A DNA stretch of 37,421 nt from Chthoniobacterales bacterium (GTDB lineage Bacteria; Verrucomicrobiota; Verrucomicrobiia; Chthoniobacterales; JACTMZ01). Position 1 is the first letter of the stretch. Every line of letters starts with the position of its first letter. Both the position numbers and the translations under genes were made by a program. The stretch is from NCBI GenBank assembly GCA_040880825.1, contig JBBEEK010000028.1, forward strand, positions 1 to 37,421. The letters run 5' to 3'. Below, one piece after another: positions 34,972 to 37,421 of this stretch. Under the pieces are notes generated by a model. The model searched no databases. It was not told the DNA's origin and saw only the letters and a program-made list of their open reading frames with translations.

Positions 34972-35665
34972 ATTGGATCGTGCGGCTGTCTTGCACGGGG
35001 AAGGGCGCCTGCGTCGCGGGCTGGCTCGGACGCGATGACGGGGCGGCGGGCGCCGGTTGTGAAGACGGCGGGGCGGGGGCGGGGGCGGCCGCACCGGCAT
35101 TTTGCTCGCCCCAATCGATGAGGCGCGGACCATTTGGCGCCGGTCCTGCTTGCGGCGCTGGTTGTCCGCCGCCGCCGGAGCGGCGCTCCTGCAATGCGGC
35201 GATGGCGCCGAGATCGGGCAGACGCCATTTTCCCTCGCGGTCGGCCTTGATATTGATGGTGTAAGTGCTCACGCGCTGCCCCGTTCCTCCGGACAAGCCG
35301 AAGGTGAGTTCGGTGTTGTAGGGAAAACCCTGCTCATCGAGGGGCGTGGAGATGGTGCTGGAGCTGACCGGATCGACCGTCAGGCCGGGAAAGGCGCGCG
35401 TGAGGGTGGCGCGCAACTCCGGCATCAGGCTCTCAAGATTGCGGCCCAAGACCTCGCGGCCGAGGAAATCACTGCGGGCCGCCTTGCTGCGGGCCTCCTT
35501 GAGTTCGGTTTCGAGCCGGGCCTTCTCGCGGTCCAGGTCGCCGAGGCGCGTCCGCAATTCGGCTATCTCTTGCCGGATCTTGGGATCTTCCGATTCGCAG
35601 CCGGCCAAGACCGCCCCCAGGAGAGGCAGGGCAAAGATGGCGCGGACGATGGATCTCGGGGGCAT
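34964..35665 (-). CDS. Predicted lipoprotein with N-terminal coiled coil and Pro-rich C-terminal tail
   Basis: ATG 35665; lipobox LAGC; heptad pattern IRQEIAELRTRLGDLDREKARLETELKEA; ends in PAPAP...PFPVQDSRTIQFD. Confidence 0.75.
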   Translation of the reverse strand: MPPRSIVRAIFALPLLGAVLAGCESEDPKIRQEIAELRTRLGDLDREKARLETELKEARSKAARSDFLGREVLGRNLESLMPELRATLTRAFPGLTVDPVSSSTISTPLDEQGFPYNTELTFGLSGGTGQRVSTYTINIKADREGKWRLPDLGAIAALQERRSGGGGQPAPQAGPAPNGPRLIDWGEQNAGAAAPAPAPPSSQPAPAAPSSRPSQPATQAPFPVQDSRTIQFD

Positions 35666-35685
35666 TCGACAACGGATAATAGAAG

Positions 35686-35723
35686 ATTTTAAAGTTGCCA
35701 ACGGCAGAGGCAATTCCTAAAGA
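35686..35723. promoter_or_regulatory. AT-rich overlapping divergent promoter candidates
   Basis: Minus strand TTGCCT-N16-TAAAAT (35713-35686); plus strand TTGCCA-N17-TAAAGA (35695-35723); lies in the divergent intergenic region. Confidence 0.4.
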
Positions 35724-35759
35724 GATCACTTCAAGAATCACCTCCCAAGCTTCCCACCG

Positions 35760-36572
35760 ATGAAAAAACTCCTCAGCCTCCTTGTCCTTCTCACTCTCTC
35801 CGCGCCGGTCCTCGCGCAGGACGAAAAAGAAAAACCCGCCTTCGACAAAAGCAAAGCCGAGGTCGCGCCGCTGCCGCTGCCCAATCCCTCCGACAAGCTC
35901 ATCGCCATCGAGGAATCCGTTGGCGCCGGCAAGATCGACTGGAGCGCGCTGGCTGACGGCATCGCCGTGGATGTCGATGCCAACGACTTTCCCGACCAAG
36001 CCGATGCCGCCATGGCGCTCGGGGTGAAAATCGCCGACGGCATTGTCGCCATCAAGGCGCAGGACGTGGAGAAACTCAACCGCAGCGCCGACCAGCTCGA
36101 GGCCCTCGGCAAAAATCTCGGCGCCACCGACGAGGATATGAAGCGCGCCCGGCAAGTCCGCGATTTCGCCAACCGCGGCGAGTGGCTCATGGTCTACCTC
36201 GAACTCGGTTTCTTGCAGGCCGACATCATGAAGAAGCTCAACACGCCGGAGAACCAGAACGACCGCACGCTGGTCATCGCTTCCGGCTGGCTGCAAGGCG
36301 CGCGCTACGCCAGCAGCCTCATCCTCGCCAACTACACGCCCGATTTGTCCAACATCCTGCGCGAACCCGTCCTCGCCGCCGAACTCGACAAGCAACTGGC
36401 CGCCCTGCCGGCTGCGTTCCAGGAATCGGAAAAAGTCCGCCAGATCCGCCTGGCCGTCGGGCAAGCCGCGCAGATTGTCGACGTCCCGCTCACCGCCCCG
36501 GTCGCGCAGGATAAAGTCGAGCAACTCAAGTCCGTAAGCGACACCGCCGTGATGGCCATTACGACCAAATGA
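35760..36572 (+). CDS. Secreted/periplasmic alpha-helical hypothetical protein
   Basis: Clear signal peptide MKKLLSLLVLLTLSAPVLA; helical body (AMALGVKIADG..., SGWLQG); strong third-position C/G codon bias. Confidence 0.8.
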   Translation: MKKLLSLLVLLTLSAPVLAQDEKEKPAFDKSKAEVAPLPLPNPSDKLIAIEESVGAGKIDWSALADGIAVDVDANDFPDQADAAMALGVKIADGIVAIKAQDVEKLNRSADQLEALGKNLGATDEDMKRARQVRDFANRGEWLMVYLELGFLQADIMKKLNTPENQNDRTLVIASGWLQGARYASSLILANYTPDLSNILREPVLAAELDKQLAALPAAFQESEKVRQIRLAVGQAAQIVDVPLTAPVAQDKVEQLKSVSDTAVMAITTK

Positions 36573-36610
36573 CCGCGCCTTCCACCAACCCCCCGACCCA
36601 CCACAAGCCT

Positions 36611-37421
36611 ATGAACAAACTTACCGCTCCCCGCAAAATCGCCCTCCTGCTTATGGCCTCGGCCGTTTTCGCGGCCCATCCCGCCGCGGCCGACCCGGCC
36701 CAAGCCGAGGACGTGGCCTACCGCATGGCCAAAACCTACATCGACCGCAGTTTTGTCATCGCCCCGACCGATAATTTCGGCCTGGTCGGCCAAGGCGGGG
36801 TCATCCAGTTCTTCGTCCCGGTCAACCGCGGGCTCGACTACGTCTTCCTCGCCGGAACCGACGGCATGGCGCGCGACGTGGACATTTACGTCTATGACGA
36901 AGTCGGTAACCTCATCCTCGACGACCGTCGCCGCCAGAAAAACGCCGGCGTCCAGTTCCGCTCGAGCTACAACGGCACCGCCATCGTCTATCTCCACATG
37001 GCGGGAGCCGAAGGCATCGCTTCATGGTGCGTGCTCGTCGGCCGGCGCGGCGCGGAGAAAGCCAGTTTGCAGGCCGGCTTGCCGGGCGGGGGGGCAGCGC
37101 CATCTCCTACCCCATTTTTAACCCCATCACCGACTCCCCAAGACCCCAGTCTGTCAGCGACCGGTGCGCCCGGTAAGCTGAGCACCGTCTCCGGCACGGC
37201 CTCCGAGCCGCGAAGCTTCACGGTCAAAGGCAACGCCCTGCGCGGTGCCGTGCGCTTGAATGCGCCGGCGGGTGTGCAGGTTTCCAAGGACGGCGTCGAT
37301 TACAGCCGCAGTCTGTCCATTCAGCCTAGTGATGGCGGTTTGGGTGACACCACGATCATGGTGCGCCTCGACCCCGGGGCCCAACCCATCGACGAACTGA
37401 CGGGAGACATCGTGGTCGAAA
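36611..37421 (+). CDS. Secreted multidomain protein (beta-sandwich/PPC-like domain, Pro/Thr linker, Ig-like domain); runs off the right edge
   Basis: Not in the ORF track. Open from ATG 36611 to the window end: MNKLTAPRKIALLLMASAVFAAHPAAA|DPAQ...YVFLAGTDGMARDVDIYVYDEVGNLILDD...PSPTPFLTPSPTP...SFTVKGNAL...VSKDGVDYSRSLSI. Confidence 0.8.
   Translation, partial: MNKLTAPRKIALLLMASAVFAAHPAAADPAQAEDVAYRMAKTYIDRSFVIAPTDNFGLVGQGGVIQFFVPVNRGLDYVFLAGTDGMARDVDIYVYDEVGNLILDDRRRQKNAGVQFRSSYNGTAIVYLHMAGAEGIASWCVLVGRRGAEKASLQAGLPGGGAAPSPTPFLTPSPTPQDPSLSATGAPGKLSTVSGTASEPRSFTVKGNALRGAVRLNAPAGVQVSKDGVDYSRSLSIQPSDGGLGDTTIMVRLDPGAQPIDELTGDIVVE

Noticed and set aside
33013-35121. 702-aa plus-strand ORF
   Set aside because: Antisense shadow of the RyR-cyclase gene; no domain signatures.
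12806-37421. Genomic island or mobile element call for the accessory region
   Set aside because: No integrase, transposase, tRNA target or flanking direct repeats were seen, and a compositional shift could not be measured by eye.

Overview
GC-rich bacterial window; the gene content suggests Verrucomicrobiota, but this is inference only. The left third is housekeeping and envelope genes: the 5' part of ppk1 (missed by the ORF track), degP/htrA, a fused lipid A acyltransferase-heptosyltransferase (LpxL-WaaF), and a MoxR-DUF58-BatA/BC/D/E operon. The right two-thirds (12.8-37.4 kb) is accessory and holds the interesting signal. Its core is a tightly packed minus-strand operon: a single-module highly reducing type I PKS (KS-AT-DH-cMT-ER-KR-ACP, no TE), a free-standing condensation domain, a membrane desaturase, a LolD/MacB-type ABC exporter and a LolA-like carrier. 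A convergent trio (chalcone-isomerase-like protein, alpha/beta-hydrolase lipoprotein, divergent SAM methyltransferase) meets it tail-to-tail. Two multidomain signalling proteins bracket this block, each beside a lipoprotein gene: a TIR-kinase-pseudokinase-TM-Sel1 receptor and a RyR-TPR-class III cyclase. The best candidate for an undescribed system is a pathway that makes, conjugates and exports a methyl-branched lipid, possibly linked to nucleotide second-messenger signalling. No rRNA, tRNA, CRISPR array or mobile element was recognised. Several start codons were moved from the ORF track by eye, and no database searches were run.
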